This document shows, piece by piece, positions 27,530-42,439 of a DNA stretch of 64,000 bases. The notes beneath the pieces were generated by a model. The model had not been told where the DNA came from, did no database searches, and saw only the letters and a list, made by a program, of their open reading frames with translations. Where the stretch lies: NCBI RefSeq assembly GCF_009914755.1, contig NC_060936.1; one strand, 5' to 3'. The position numbers and the translations under genes were made by a program. Position 1 is the first letter of the stretch. Every line of letters starts with the position of its first letter. The DNA comes from the human T2T-CHM13v2.0 reference genome, Homo sapiens.

Positions 27530-28829
27530 TGTGTCTGGAATTGGTGGGTTCTTGGTCTCACTGACTTCAAGAATGAAGCGGCGGACCCTTGTGGTGAGTG
27601 TTAACAGTTCTTAAAGGCGGCGTGTCCGGACTTTGTTCCTTCCGATGTTCGGATGTGTTCAGAATTTCTTCTTTCTGGTGGGTTCGTGGTCTCGCTGGCT
27701 CAGGAGTGAAGCTGCAGACCTTCGCGGTGAGTGTTACAGCTCTTAAGGCTGTGCGTCTGGAGTTGTTCCTTCCTCTCGGTGGGCTCCTGGTCTCGCTGGC
27801 TTCAGGAGTGAAGCTACAGATCTTCGCTGTGAGTGTTACAGCTCATAAAGGCAGTGTGGACCCAAAGAGTGAGCAGTAGCAAGATTTACTGCAAAGAGCA
27901 AAGAACAAAGCTTCTACACTGGGGAAGGGGACCCCAGCCAGTTGCCACTCCCGGCCAGGGCAGCCTGCTTTTATTCTCTTATCTGGCCCCACCCACATCC
28001 TGCTGATTGGTAGAGCCCAGTGGTCTGTTTTGACAGGGCGCTGATTGGTGCGTTTACAATCCCTGAGCTAGACACAAAGGTTCTCCACATCCCCCCCAGA
28101 TTAGCTAGATACACAGTGTCCACACAAAGGTTCTCCAAGGCCCCACCAGAGTAGCCAGATACAGAGTGTCGATTGGTGCATTCACAAACCCTGAGCTAGA
28201 CACAGGGTGCTGATTGGTGTGTTCACAAACCTTGAGCTAGATACAGAGTGCCGATTGGTGTATTTACAATCCCTAAGCTAGACATAAAGGTTCTCCTTGT
28301 CCCCACCAGACTCAGGAGCCCAGCTGGCTTCACCCAGTGGATCCCGCACCTGGGCTGCAGGTGGAGCTGCCTGCCAGTCCCGCGCCCTGCGCCTGCACTC
28401 CTCAGCCCTTGGGTGGTCGATGGGACTGGGTGCCGTGGAGCAGGGGGTGGGCCGGCACTGCTGGGGGACCCAGGGACCCAGCACACCCTCTGCAGCCGCT
28501 AGCCCGGGTGCTAAGCCCCTCATTGCCAGGGGCCGGCAGGGCCGGCCGGCTGCTCCGAGTGCGGGGCCTGCCAAGCCCACACCCACCGGGAACTCGCGCT
28601 GGCCCGCAAGCACTGCGCGCAGCCCCGGTTCCCGCCCGCGCCGCTCCCTCCACACCTCCCCGCAAGCTGAGGGAGCCGGCTCCGGCCTTGGTCAGCCCAG
28701 AAAGGGGCTCTCACAGTGCAGTGGTGGGCTGAAGGGCTCCTCAAGTGCCGCCAAAGTGGGAGCCCAGGCAGAGGAGGTGCCCAGAGCGAACGAGGGCTGT
28801 GAGGACTGCCAGCACGCTGTCACCTCTCA
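27530..28829 (-). mobile_element. Solo LTR12 (LTR12C-like, ERV9)
   Basis: Minus strand TGAGAGGTGACAGCGTGCTGGCAG...AATTCCAGACACA; tandem CCAAT-box repeats; CpG-rich U3; flanks ttgg / ttag. Confidence 0.95.
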
Positions 28830-29076
28830 TTAGGGGACACAAAAGGCTGCAAGGCTCCCATCGTGGCCCAGAGAGTAAACACGGACTCCTCCGCAAATCT
28901 GGCTGCAGCAGAAGCATCTCTACCACTGGAGCCATGTAACTTACCGCACTGTGTAATACCAGAAGTATCAATGGTGAGAAAAAATTTTGTGGAATTTATG
29001 GCCAAGTCCTAACGGGTGAAACATAATTTCTACTGATCCTTTGAGTCCTAGAGCAATACCAGGTCAATTATAGCTA

Positions 29077-29492
<416 letters not shown>

Positions 29493-30254
29493 GAAAGAGA
29501 AACCTGTAAGACTCACCAAATATAAGTTCAGGCACTCCCAGCAGCAATTCATTATATGATGAGATTGGTATATCCAGAATCAGCACAGGCAGATTCTCAG
29601 TGAAAAGGCAAGCTGAAGACCCCTATGCCAACCAGAGAGCACAGGCAAGCTTCAGAAATGATACTAATGATACTATCCAACTGTTTCACTGGCACCTCTC
29701 CCTCGGCTCATGTCTATGGCTGTTTAAGATATTTCCTATTACCTGCTGATAAACAAGGAATAAAGTTTAGTTGGTTCTCAGAAAGGTCTGTTTTGGATGT
29801 AGATGAAAGCTCTAATTGGACGATGGTTACACGACAGCACCACTAACTGAGCTTCATAAGACAATAAAAATAACTCACATTTAAAACATATATGAACTCC
29901 TGGGCAATGGGTAACATGTGTCTCTGTCTCTGCCACTGGAGTGAAAGCTCCACGAAGTCATGAAATCAGAGGGGTTTATCTGTTTTACTTGTTGATGTAT
30001 TCTCAGTGGTTAGAACTGTGGCTGTAGCATAACATATATTCAAAAAGTCTTATTGAATGAATCAATATACGAATGAATATATACAGAGGAATAGTCATAA
30101 ATACATTAGTAACAGAAAATGAACAAGGCACAAATAGTTAACCCATAACAATGCATATACAGTCAGTGTATCCAAAGTTGTCTAAACACAATGAAAATCC
30201 AAGAAATCTAAAGTGAAACAATGCAGCAGCCTATCAGATTAAAAATGTGTCTAT

Positions 30255-30353
30255 AATCACTTGAGCTCAGGAGTTTGAGGGTACAGTGAGTTATGATGAC
30301 ACCTCTACATCCAGCCTGGGTAACAGAACAAGACCCTGTCTGAAAAAAAAAAA
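30255..30353 (+). mobile_element. Alu monomer/right-arm fragment
   Basis: atcacttgagctcaggagtttgag...aagaccctgtct plus poly-A. Confidence 0.8.
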
Positions 30354-30849
30354 TGCCCATTTAAGATTAAAATGATAATCTGGTATGGGTGTGGGAAATT
30401 CTAAATTTCAGAAGCGTAGAAGTTGTAACGTTTCTGGAGAGAATGGAGACTTCCTTTTATTAACTAATTCATACATGAGGATATGAATTTTGTAAAAGAT
30501 GCACATTTTCTATGTCTATTTTGGATTTGTGGGGCATCAGATTTATTGAGTATCTCAACCCTTAAAGATACTCTTTTGTTTTATATGGGCCAAGGGGAGA
30601 GGGCAAAAGGAGACTAAATGCCATGAAGGAATAATGTCAGCCCACACGGAGTTTGAGCCAAGATGATGGCTTTTAAAATGGGAAGTAATGAATTTACTAG
30701 GGAAATACGCAGGGGGTTAAACTGACAGAACTTAATTACTAACTATATAGAGAACACTGAATAAATCTATAGTTTGGGAAAAACATTAAGATACAAATTT
30801 TAGACATCTTCAAGTTTTGATACTCTAAAATATTTCAGCATTCAATCCC

Positions 30850-32720
30850 ACCAAATCTGTTAGACCCATACTGAGAGAATTGGCCCAGGCATAGAAGGTA
30901 AAGGGAAGAGAAGTTTCTGAAGGTACTTGATGGCCCTTGGGTAGAACTGAGGGGTCTGGCGCCCAGGATGGAGGGTGGGGGAACAGTTTTAAAGTTGCTA
31001 CCTTTTATACAGTGAGGAGGCTAGGCAGTCATTGACCACCTTCTCTCTCCTTTCTACAGCCTCCTCCAGGCTTTGATTTCCTCTCTTCAAGGTCAGTTTT
31101 GTGAACCGATTTTTTAGGAGGATGGGGGGATGGAGAATGCTTTTGTGAGGGAACCTGGTGACGACCTGCTGTGGCAACTGTTCACTGTTGACTATAGATG
31201 TATTGGGAGATGCTACAGCGGAATCAGGCTTTCTGATATCAACGGCAATAATTTGATTCTAGAGGTCAAGGGGTTGCAGTTGCCACAATAAGCCAGAGGG
31301 AATGATTAGTAATCAGAGTTTTCATCCACAGAAATCTGTGACAATGATTAGCTGATTTTAAGTTTTGGGAAATGAAAAAAAAAGAAAAGAAAAGAAAAAC
31401 AAACAAAAAAGGATATTTCACTAAGGAGCTGCTTGATATGCTAAGGAAAATTACATGTATGTTGCCCAGAAACTTAGCCCGTATTTTCAGAGAGGAGATT
31501 CATTGCGTCTTACCCAATCCCCAGACTTCCATATAGTTAGTAGGCAAAGCTCTTCGCAGACCAGGAACCACTCAACTGGGGAGGAGGTAGGTTTGGTCTC
31601 TTGGTGAAGGACATTGTAACATGGCCACAGGTGTAATTATGATATTTATTCCCCAACACCTAAACCGGAGGAAACTTCAGCCATTTTCTTGAATGACTAT
31701 ACACTGGGAAAAAGCTGAGAACCTGTGATGGTTTCCGGCTTGTATTTACAAACAGAAATAACAAGTATTTCTTTGCTGCCTTGCCCAGGTGTATGTCAGC
31801 TCTCCCGATCTCTGTTATAAGATGGCCCAGAGGGAACTAAATCATCTTGATATAGCTCCCAATATGTTATACCTCAGAACTGGTTGCACACAATACATTC
31901 ATTACATTGATGCTATCATGCCAACTGTTCCTGGTGAAAAGTAGGCAGTAAACCTACTACATATTTTTATAAGACATATGTTCACCACCATTAACTTGAT
32001 CCAACTTGACCACTTTGACCCAATGAACCCTATGTTTAGAAGTGCACAGAAGCATTTTATCACAAACATAATTGTGCCATTTTGGAGGCAAGGCCTGAAC
32101 AGTTCCAAAGAAGCACAGTAAACTGCATGAGCAGATGGCTCAGACTCCGATGGCACATGTTCGCATTCCTTTGCTATCTCCACCTCAACCATACCTATGA
32201 CCCGGGTTGGGGATGGAAAAGAGGGTTCTGTACGATCTTACACTGAAGTAGTTGAAAAAAATAAGTTTATCAGTGGTTATGTAAAATACGGCAGCTGGAA
32301 TAGATGCCACACTACAGTCCCATTCAGGAGAAGACTGTGAAAGACAGAAGTGAAGGTAAGTCTTCCCACTGAACAGAAGTTTGGACAATATGTCTGGTTG
32401 TGAACCTAACAGGAAGGATAAGCACTCAGAGAAATACATCTAAATCATCTTATCAGAAACTAATAGGTGAGATGACTTGTCGGAAACTCAAAAAGAACAA
32501 AATAGAAAAATGAATGAGAAGCTAAGAGGTACATATAGAGATCATGCAGAATGGACGCGGCGTGTGTAAATATTCATTCCCATGTAAATACTCACAAGTG
32601 ACATCCAGTGTTGAGGAGGAGACTCAATAATCAGGTGAACACAACATGTGCTGTGGGAAACAGTCAGCCACCTTCCCCAGACACTCGGTGTTAAATCAAT
32701 GGATTGATATTGAGTGGCCA
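30850..32720 (+). mobile_element. Second degraded ERVL-class internal fragment
   Basis: ERVL pol-like remnants (ttgcccaggtgtatgtcagctctcc; cattacattgatgctatcatg; cccatgtaaatactcac...gaggaggagactcaataatcaggtg). Confidence 0.55.
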
Positions 32721-32739
32721 CGTAGCAGAAACAGAACCA

Positions 32740-32745
32740 TTAGCA

Positions 32746-32777
<32 letters not shown>

Positions 32778-33182
32778 AAGTGAAATATATATAAAATAAG
32801 GAATGTGATTATGGAGGCTGGTAAGTCAAAATTCTGCAAATGAGCATGGACGGACTGGGTACCTAGGAAGGCTCAATTCAAATGCAAAGTCCACCGTCTG
32901 TAGAATCAGGAGGAGCTAATGCTGCAGATAGTCTGAAGGCCATTGCTGGAGAATTCTCTCTCACTCAGGGAAGACAAGTCTTTTTGTTCTATTCAAGGCT
33001 CCAACTGACTCAATAAGGCCCAGTCACATTACAGAGGAGGCAAATCTGCCTTACTCAAAGGTCACCTATTTAAATATGAATCCCATCCAAAAACACCCTC
33101 ACAGAAATAAGCAGAATGATGTCTGATCAACTATCTGGACTCTCTGTGACTCAGCCAAGTTGACACAAAATAAACTGCCACA
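32740..33182 (-). mobile_element. MLT2 LTR with (TG)n
   Basis: Ends cagccaagttgacacaaaataaactgccaca, the reverse complement of the MLT2 5' end. Confidence 0.75.
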
Positions 33183-33820
33183 CCTACTGAAGGAAAATCT
33201 GCCTGGCGTTTTCTGAAAAACAAACAAACAAACAAAAAAGTTTAAAAAGTTAAATTCTTTGCAAGTGATTCCGATTTTCACTAACTTGAGACTTGCTGAT
33301 CTTTTATTTTCCTATTTTTGTCCCATCTAACCATCGTTATTTGGACTCTACTAGTCAAATATGTCCCAAATAACAAAATTGCTATTTTAACTTTTTTAAT
33401 TTGAATTTTTATTTACCTAGACATTTGTTCTGTTTGTTTAGAGATTATTTGTTTTATTTTATTTTTTCTCTTACTTTATTATAAAAGACATGAAGGAAGG
33501 AATTATGTTTCTAATACACCGCACACAAGTGGCAGGAACACACAAGTCCATTTGTTGAAAACAGTGGAACACACTAGCTACCTTTACCTTGAAATTCACA
33601 GAATTGTAGCCAGATATTAACAAGCTTATATCCATTTTCATTTACCAACACATCCTGTGTGGTTTTAGACATCTGTGTCTGAGTAAATTTTGACTATTTT
33701 TGGCCTTCCTTTTAGTTTTCTTTTAGTACCTTGTGCCAAAGAGACATATCCAAGGTTGAGATTAGTTTCCATTTTCTTTGTACTATTTTCTGGATAATAA
33801 GACATTAGACATTTGAAGAG

Positions 33821-33890
33821 ATGGAGAATGAAGATGGGTATATGACGCTGAGTTTCAAGAATCGTTGTAAATCGAAGCAGAAATCTAAAG
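33821..33890 (+). CDS. KLRF2: KLRF2 exon 1 coding part (MENEDGYMTLSFKNRCKSKQKSK; hemITAM DGYxxL)
   Basis: gagATGG start; AAG|gtagg donor. Confidence 0.96.
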
Positions 33891-34671
33891 GTAGGAATAC
33901 TGCTCCCCATCACCGCATTTAAAATTTCATTATTCTTCTAGGAAGAGAATTATCTTAGAATATTTTTAACATCTTAACATTGATCATAATAAGGAATATA
34001 AAAATGGTCATAAATTGTCTGTTAGATTATTTAGATTCATGAAAGCATCAACAATAAAAAGTCTGCATTTTCAGAGCCATGAGGTAAGAGAAATGCGAAT
34101 ATGACGATGTGTAATCCTGTGTGTTGTAGCATAAGAACATCACTTTCGAAGAAAAGGCTGAAAAATTGTGTTTTTACAGAAACTTCCTCCTACAAAACTT
34201 AAAGTTTATATAAACTTAAAGCGTATATATATGCTTATATATATATTTATGCTTATACATATATAATATTTTTAATCTTCGTAAAAGCCCTATAGGATTG
34301 GTAGAACAATCTACTGGGAATGCGAGAAGAGAGAAAAAAAAACAAAAAAACATTAATCTTTGCTCCTTAGGGCTGCTCTGTGGTTGGCTTTGTTTGCTTT
34401 TTCAGGAATTTTGAAAACAATCTTGTTGAAATAGCCAAGACCTAAGTTAAGATGACATAGGCCAGAAATTCAGAATTACCAGTCGCAGTGGCAGTTCTGC
34501 CATATGTATTGAACATTCTCGTGTACAATCTCATTTTATATCTAGCAAATGCAAACTTCCCCTGCACCCCCTGCCCCCACAAAATGACACTTTTGTTATT
34601 ATCTGAAGACTCAGATCTTTTTTGTGTTTCAATATCATGAAACAAATGTTTACTTTTTCAATAGTAACTTA

Positions 34672-35025
<354 letters not shown>

Positions 35026-37157
35026 TCAGACCCTAAAGCCCACAGACTAAATGTATGGCTCTGGGCAGAAGCTTTTAGCCTTCTTAAATCTCAATACTTT
35101 GATATATAATAAGAAAAATCTACCTGATGATGCTTTTATGTGGATGTTAAACTAAATTTACTATTTTTTAATCTATAAACTACTTTTTAATATACAAATG
35201 TGTACAGAGACTTAAAATCTGAGTATTGATACATAAAATATAAGATAATATCCATTTAAATTATGAATGAAGGAAGGATAGGGCTGGGAAAATAAATTGG
35301 GCCAGAAAAATTACTGTAGGCATGTTTGTGCTTGCTATACATTTGCTTCCAAGCTTCCTTGTTATTACTGACCTAAGGGAATTCTTACCAGTTGTTCAGT
35401 TCACATTGTGTATAAGATAAAGTTACACCTATTCCTTAAGATTGATATAATTAATCTTGATCCTAAATCAGAAAAAATATTTTCCTGAGTTCTCATGAAG
35501 CACATAAAATAATACAATTAGTGTTCTTGCAATAGTAGCACCAGCAGATTTTGTAAGACAATTTCTTCATATAGCCCTGTGTAAGCCAATGGCATCTAGC
35601 CAAGCAGTGCTAGGATAGGCCAGCATACTGCACTTCATGTACTCAGCTCTCTGTTCACCTGGCTTGATATAGTATGTAAATCATGGCTTACATGAAAATA
35701 TTAATTTTTGGTCTATTGTTCAGTTTTTTATAAATCTTATTTGGCAAGAAGTTTAAAGTCTCCCTCCCTGGCATGTATGGAAAGAGCACTTGTTAACTAC
35801 AGATCCATATACCCTTGATTGATATTTTCTCATAAAATTGCAGAAATGTATTTTGACGATTTTCAATTAAGTAGAAGTCTTTCCATATTTGCTTGAACAG
35901 CAGAAATATCTACAGGGAAGAAAAAGAAAGAAAATTATTTTGGACTTAGTAATACAGACAATTGAGTAGCAAATTTCAAAAGGTACACTACATACAGTAA
36001 ATTCTCTAAGTATATACTATAGATCTAATCAAATGCAGTAAATCCATAAAACCTATTGAAGTAAAGCATCCACACAGAAATTAGATTTGAGAAACAGCAC
36101 TTTTATTATGACTTAGAAGACAAATTATTTGTGAAATGTACAACCAAGGTGATGAAATTAAATGTTTGTTTATAGATAAAAGAATAAAAAATAGGGAATA
36201 ATTATCAGAGTATCTCAAATTACTTTGCTTTCTCTTTGGCCACTAGCCTGGCAAACTGACTAAAATGATTGTAGATTGAGATATTAATTATATGATGTCT
36301 GCATATAAAAGGAACCTGTCATAGTTTTGTGAAAAAAGTGTATACATCCAATTTATTCAAAAGTGCTAATATGTGGAAAAAAGTAGATAAAATTGAAAGA
36401 GGATTATTATACATGCCCCTGTTTAACCTCTCTAGAGATTACTTGTTTATTCCTTTATAAGGAAGCTATTCTTGCCAACTCTAATGCGATGAAATACTAT
36501 AGCATAGATGTCATATAAGCATCATTAATTGGAGATCTAATACTACCTAAGCTGAAACTGACTCCTGTCTAAAGAGTCAAACCCAGAAAAATATAATATA
36601 TTACAGGTGTAAGGTGAAATAAAATGTGGATATTTCCAGTACAGTGACTGGTATATAATAGAATTTTAATAAATATTTCTTTCCCTCTTTTATTTCTTAG
36701 CAGTGAGTCACTAAATTGAATAACACACGTAATTGTGCCTGACATAGATATATACATTTTATATATTATTCTTTCTATATAATTTACATGTATAGAATAA
36801 TATATATGTTTACATTGTATATATTTATATTTTATATAATATGTTATAACAAATATTTATATCATATATAATATGTATTTGTATGTATAATTTATATGGA
36901 ATTTAAGACATCATTTTTAGGTCCTCAAAAACACCACCAAATAATTAACAAGTCTATGTCAGTACAATCCAAAACGTTTAATAATAGTAGTATCTCCTTG
37001 GTTTGGGATTCTAGACTTTTTATTTTTAAATTTTCATTTAATCATAAATTCTAATGACATATCTAAAATGAACATGAGTTGTCTCTGTAATAAAAATGAA
37101 ACAGAAAAATATTTATAAAGTGAATAATCACAAGAATTCTAAAATTCAACATTTCAG

Positions 37158-37256
37158 ATTTCTCCCTATATCCACAATATTATTGTCTTCTGCTCATATT
37201 TGGATGCATTGTGATCCTTATATTCATTATGACAGGGATTGACCTGAAGTTCTGGC
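37158..37256 (+). CDS. KLRF2: KLRF2 exon 2 (transmembrane: DFSLYPQYYCLLLIFGCIVILIFIMTGIDLKFW)
   Basis: tttcag|AT acceptor; GGC|gtgagt donor; hydrophobic span. Confidence 0.96.
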
Positions 37257-39494
37257 GTGAGTAGTAAATTTTTATTTATTTGAACATTTTCAGAAGATAA
37301 ATGTTGATCCTTCATTCCTCTTAATGCCAAGATAAACTCTACACTGTAGTCCAAAACTGGCATATGTCATATTATAAAATTATATTAAATTTAAAAAATT
37401 AAATGCTCAAATGCAAGCTTGGTATTTATTCTGCATCTTTTCTTATAAAGAACCCCCAATAGAGGTTGACTTTATTATCTTATAATTAAAAAAGTAATGT
37501 ATCTTTACTAAAAGAGTATGTGCTCATTGGTATCACTTTGTGAGATCATTATTTAAGTATATATATATATATTAAGACCCATCTGAAAACCATTTTAGGT
37601 AGACTTCCAGACTTTTTTCTTCCTGAAGTGGTACTTATATGTGTATACTGTAGCTATTCTATTTGAACAACCAAAGAAATTCATTATCTTTGATTTTTCT
37701 GTCTTGCTTTTAAGGCTGTGAGCTCAAATGAGTAGTGTTTTACATATAACATGACAGGAAATAGATTTTGGGGGCTTTTGAGATGAGATTTCTAAAAATA
37801 GGTGAGTCCTAAAGCAACTTCTGTAGCGTAGAAGATCCTTTACTTCTTAATAAAGGATCCATATTTGTATTGGGCAATTGGGCAATTTTGTGTTTTTCCC
37901 AATACAACAAGGGAAAATATCAGACTTTTCTCAGACCAAAGATATATCCTACTTAATGTATTTTTTCTCTAAATATCAATCATATACCTCAAAATTGTTC
38001 AATGCAACATTGAAATCAATTACTAATTACCTGAAAATGTCCACTTATTTAACATTCAATGTTAAACGACTATTTTTAGTCGTTATGAATCTATCTAAGT
38101 AGGTATTGCTTTCTGTTAACCAGTAATTCTAAGAAGTTGAATCCACTGTAGTAATTACTATGGCTTTAAAAATGTTCCTAAAATTCAGGAGATAATTTCT
38201 TGTTAGACACTGAGTATGACCTTTACAGGCCACTCTGCTCTCTTGTAAATCAGTTTTCTCTTCAAATAAAATATAAATGGTAAAATGACATAAATAATGC
38301 AATAATTATTCTTTTAAAGAAAAACGCTATTGAGAAGAAATCAATGAAATTTGACATGTTGATGAATTACTAGTAGTAAAAATATTTTTTTCTAGCCATA
38401 TTTTTTATTCTAATAAATTAGTAACAATTACAATATGTGTGTTTCTATAAAATTTGTCCTTGGGTTTTGACCAGTTTAAAATATTCTTCATGGCTTCCAG
38501 TCAAAATGGAGTATTGACCATAAATATTTATATCTCCTCTCTCCCAATAATCTATCCATAGAAGAAGAAAAGATAACAAAATAGAGTAAATTAATCAAAG
38601 CACATAGAATGGAAAGGGGAGAAAATTTTAAAGAAAATGAAAAGTGGATAGCATAATGCTATTGGATAAATCAATGGGGAGAACCTTAGTTCAAATAAAG
38701 CATAAAAGACAGCTGCAGTGTAGATGAAAGCTGTTCATCATGGTTAAGCTAAGGCAGGGCTCCATTTCAGAGAGGAGAGTCAGAGGGTAAATGGAGGTCT
38801 AAAACAAGGTAATTCTTTAATACATACAATGCTTATTACCAATTAAATTTAAAAATAACTTTTGAAAGCCAAAAATATGAAGCAAACTAATTAAGTGAAA
38901 GACTTTCTAAGCCATGCTCTTTTTGATTGGTGTCTTGTCAATCTGTCGGTCTATTTACACAGTGGATTTTGCCCCTATATCATGCAAAAAAAAAAAAAAA
39001 AAAAAGAGAGAAGAACTCTCTAAAACAGTGAGATATATAGATAGAGCCAGGTAGAGCTCCTGATTTATGGACTGGTGGTCGGTGCAATAAGGTGTATACC
39101 CACTTGTTTTGGTTTTGGAGTGAGAGAGGGGAGTAGTGTGTAGGTCTACTACATAGCTTGGCTATTTCTTGTGCCATTTCTTCTGAAAAGTCATGGTAGC
39201 TAACCAAATATCCCGGAGCACAGAGCAAAATGTCAGAAAAAAAACATAAATAAATATAAGAGGATATCTGAGATGGAAAATCAAAAAATGCCTATTTATC
39301 CAGAAAGGTCAATAGCTCTTTTAACAAGCTTCCAGAAGAAGAAAATAGGTGAAAAAAAGTAGATATAAAATAATGAAAAAAGTAATATAAACCATTTCTC
39401 AAGAGTAAAAGCAAAACCAAAAAACATGAGTTTTCAGCTTACAAGAACCCACTAAGTTCGGAACAGAATACAAAAACAGATAATACATAGAAAG

Positions 39495-39537
39495 AGATGA
39501 TAGATTAGATAGATAAAGATAGATAGATAGATAGATA
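39495..39537. repeat. (GATA)n microsatellite
   Basis: gatagattagatagataaagatagatagatagatagata. Confidence 0.85.
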
Positions 39538-39992
39538 ATTTCAGAACACCATGAGTAAAAATATAATCCTAAAGGGTTTACATAAATAATTAGTTTTCCC
39601 CCAAAGCAAATTAGCATCAGATTTTTAAACGCACCTAAAAAGATTCTACTGGAGCAATGCCTTCAAAGTTATGAGCAATCTTGATTTTAACTTAGATTTG
39701 AAACAAGAGTAATCAAGTAAATATTTTTTCCATTCATTGTTTTGGAATAACAACAGCAAAAAAGAATGTGGGAGGTGGGTGGCTAACTTTGGATAGAATG
39801 AAGCTAGCCCAAGAATATAATTAAAAGACTTTTCAAATTAACAACTGTTCTGTTTTCCTAGCTAGCAATTAATTCTGTCTATATGAAAACAAACTATAAA
39901 TAATGCAACTAGGAAGCTGAAGGAACTTGATGATATGGTCAAAAGAGTTTTTTTTTTTTTTTTTGGTCTGCAACAAGGGAAAATAAGATCAA

Positions 39993-40295
39993 GACTAGGC
40001 GTTGGAGCTCATGCCTGTAATCCCAGCACTTTGGGAGGCCAAGGCAGGTGGAGCGCTTGAGCCCAGGAGTTCCAGACCAGTTTGGGCAACATGGTGAAAC
40101 CCCGTCCCTAATAAAAAAATACACAAAAATTAGCTGGGTGTGGAAGTGTGCGCCTGTACTCCCAACTACTTGGGAAGCTGAGGCAAGAGGATGGCTTGAG
40201 CTCAGGAGCCAGATGTTGCAGTGAGCCATGATGGCCCACTGCACTTCAGCTTAGGTGACAAAGCCAGACCCTGTGTCAAAAAAAAAAAAAAAAAA
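39993..40295 (+). mobile_element. AluJ-like
   Basis: Diverged dimeric Alu with poly-A. Confidence 0.9.
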
Positions 40296-40428
40296 GTTAA
40301 GAATAGTAATAAAAATGAAAAAAAAAAAGAAAACAGAATGTCAATTAAAAAGTCCAGTGAAAAAAATAATATACAAAAATGTAACATCATACATGAAGTC
40401 TAAGATCTCACATAATATTTAGAATTGC

Positions 40429-40841
<413 letters not shown>

Positions 40842-40953
40842 TCACAATTTTTATTAGTATGCCTTCATTTTCTGCTGGTACTTTATTCTCATGTACCTAG
40901 ATTGCTATTGATTTTTAAATGTTTCTCATATCTTTTCTTTGCACTGAGTACAG

Positions 40954-41001
40954 ATAAAAAAATGGATTTCTCCCAGAATGTAAACATCAGCAGTCTATCA
41001 G
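40954..41001 (+). CDS. KLRF2: KLRF2 exon 3 (stalk: HKKMDFSQNVNISSLS)
   Basis: tacag|AT acceptor; CAG|gtaat donor; N-glycan sequon NIS. Confidence 0.95.
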
Positions 41002-41494
41002 GTAATACTCTTTTTGTTTGTTATGTGCTACTCTTAGGGGTAAATTTAGTTTTGGCTTCCCTCTTCCTGGCGTTCACCCATGTTACACAGTAAGCCAACA
41101 GCACTGGTGGAGAAAGGTATGGGGCTGAAAAGGACATCCTCTTCCTCAGTGCCATTGCTGTGTATCAAATGGTTGAAAGGCAGGACAATTGTGGTGATTT
41201 CTAGGAGGAAAAAAAATAGGGTTTTAGTGAGTCAACAACAGGATGATAGTGGATTTCCTGCCATACCTAACTTGCCAAATATTTATCGAGCATCCACTGA
41301 TAGGTGTGACATGTAATGGCTGCAGGCTGTAGTGCGAAGAGTGTGGGCTTGAGATAGACCTATGTTTGAATCAAGAGATTTCAGCCAACTGTTCACATGA
41401 ATTTAGGCAAATTAAACATAGTTTTTTAAACTTTCAAATGAGGATATTATAATAATAACTGTGTCACAGAATATTTCATGTAGATTAAACAAAC

Positions 41495-41972
41495 TGTGAT
41501 GATTAATTTTCTGTGTCAACTTGGCTAGGCCACCATACCTAGGCAGTTTGTCAAATACCAGTCTAGATGTCACTGGGAAGATATTTTTTAGATGAAATTG
41601 GATTTTGCATTTGTAGATTTTGAGTGAAATGGATTATCCTCCATAAAGTGGGTGGATCTTATCCAATCAATTGAAAGTCTTAGAAAAACTGCTGAGGTCC
41701 CCAAAGGAAGAGGAATTTTGACCTCCAGACTTCCTTCAGACTGAAGATATAATATTAATTTTTCCTGGGTTTTCATCCTGTTGGCCTATTCTGTGCGTTT
41801 TGGACTTGCCTGCCCCCACAATTATATGAGACAATACCTTAAATCTCTCTCTATATGTGTATATATATGTGTGTGTGTGTGTGTATATATGTATATATAT
41901 ACATATATACACACATATATACATATATGTAAATGCCATTGGTTGTGGCTATGGAGAACTCCAATACGGTAA
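41495..41972 (+). mobile_element. MLT2 LTR with internal (TA/TG)n
   Basis: tgtgatgattaattttctgtgtcaacttggctagg start. Confidence 0.8.
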
Positions 41973-41974
41973 TA

Positions 41975-42157
41975 CAGTGTGGAGGCAGTATAGTGCAGTG
42001 GATAAGAACATAGGCTATAGAACTAAGCTAACAGAGTTAGAGTTTCAGTTCTGATATTTATATGCTATATCAATATATAAAGTTAAATAATCCCTATGTA
42101 CCTCAATTTCTTCATCTGTAAATTGGGGGTGATAATGACACCTACTCAATAGGATTT
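41975..42157 (+). mobile_element. MIR fragment
   Basis: cctcaatttcttcatctgtaaattgggggtgataat core. Confidence 0.7.
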
Positions 42158-42439
42158 TATTTTTTATTATATACTTAAATTTTTATTACATAAATATACA
42201 TGAAAGTAGAGAGAATTGTATAATAAATCTTCTTGTACCTTTAAAACAGCACCAATAATTATCAATACATAATCAATATTTTCCATCTGTATCTCCACCA
42301 TCATCACTCCCTCAAACTAGATTATATTAAAGTAGTGACTAGATATTATACCATTGAATATTTAAATACTTCAATATGTGAATCTTATAGCTAAAGGCTC
42401 GTTTTGCTTAACACAATCACAATCTCACTATAACTCCTG

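Noticed and set aside
28223-28971. Cluster of GC-rich ORFs up to 178 aa
   Set aside because: All lie in the LTR12 U3 region; stop-poor GC-rich repeat sequence, no protein motifs
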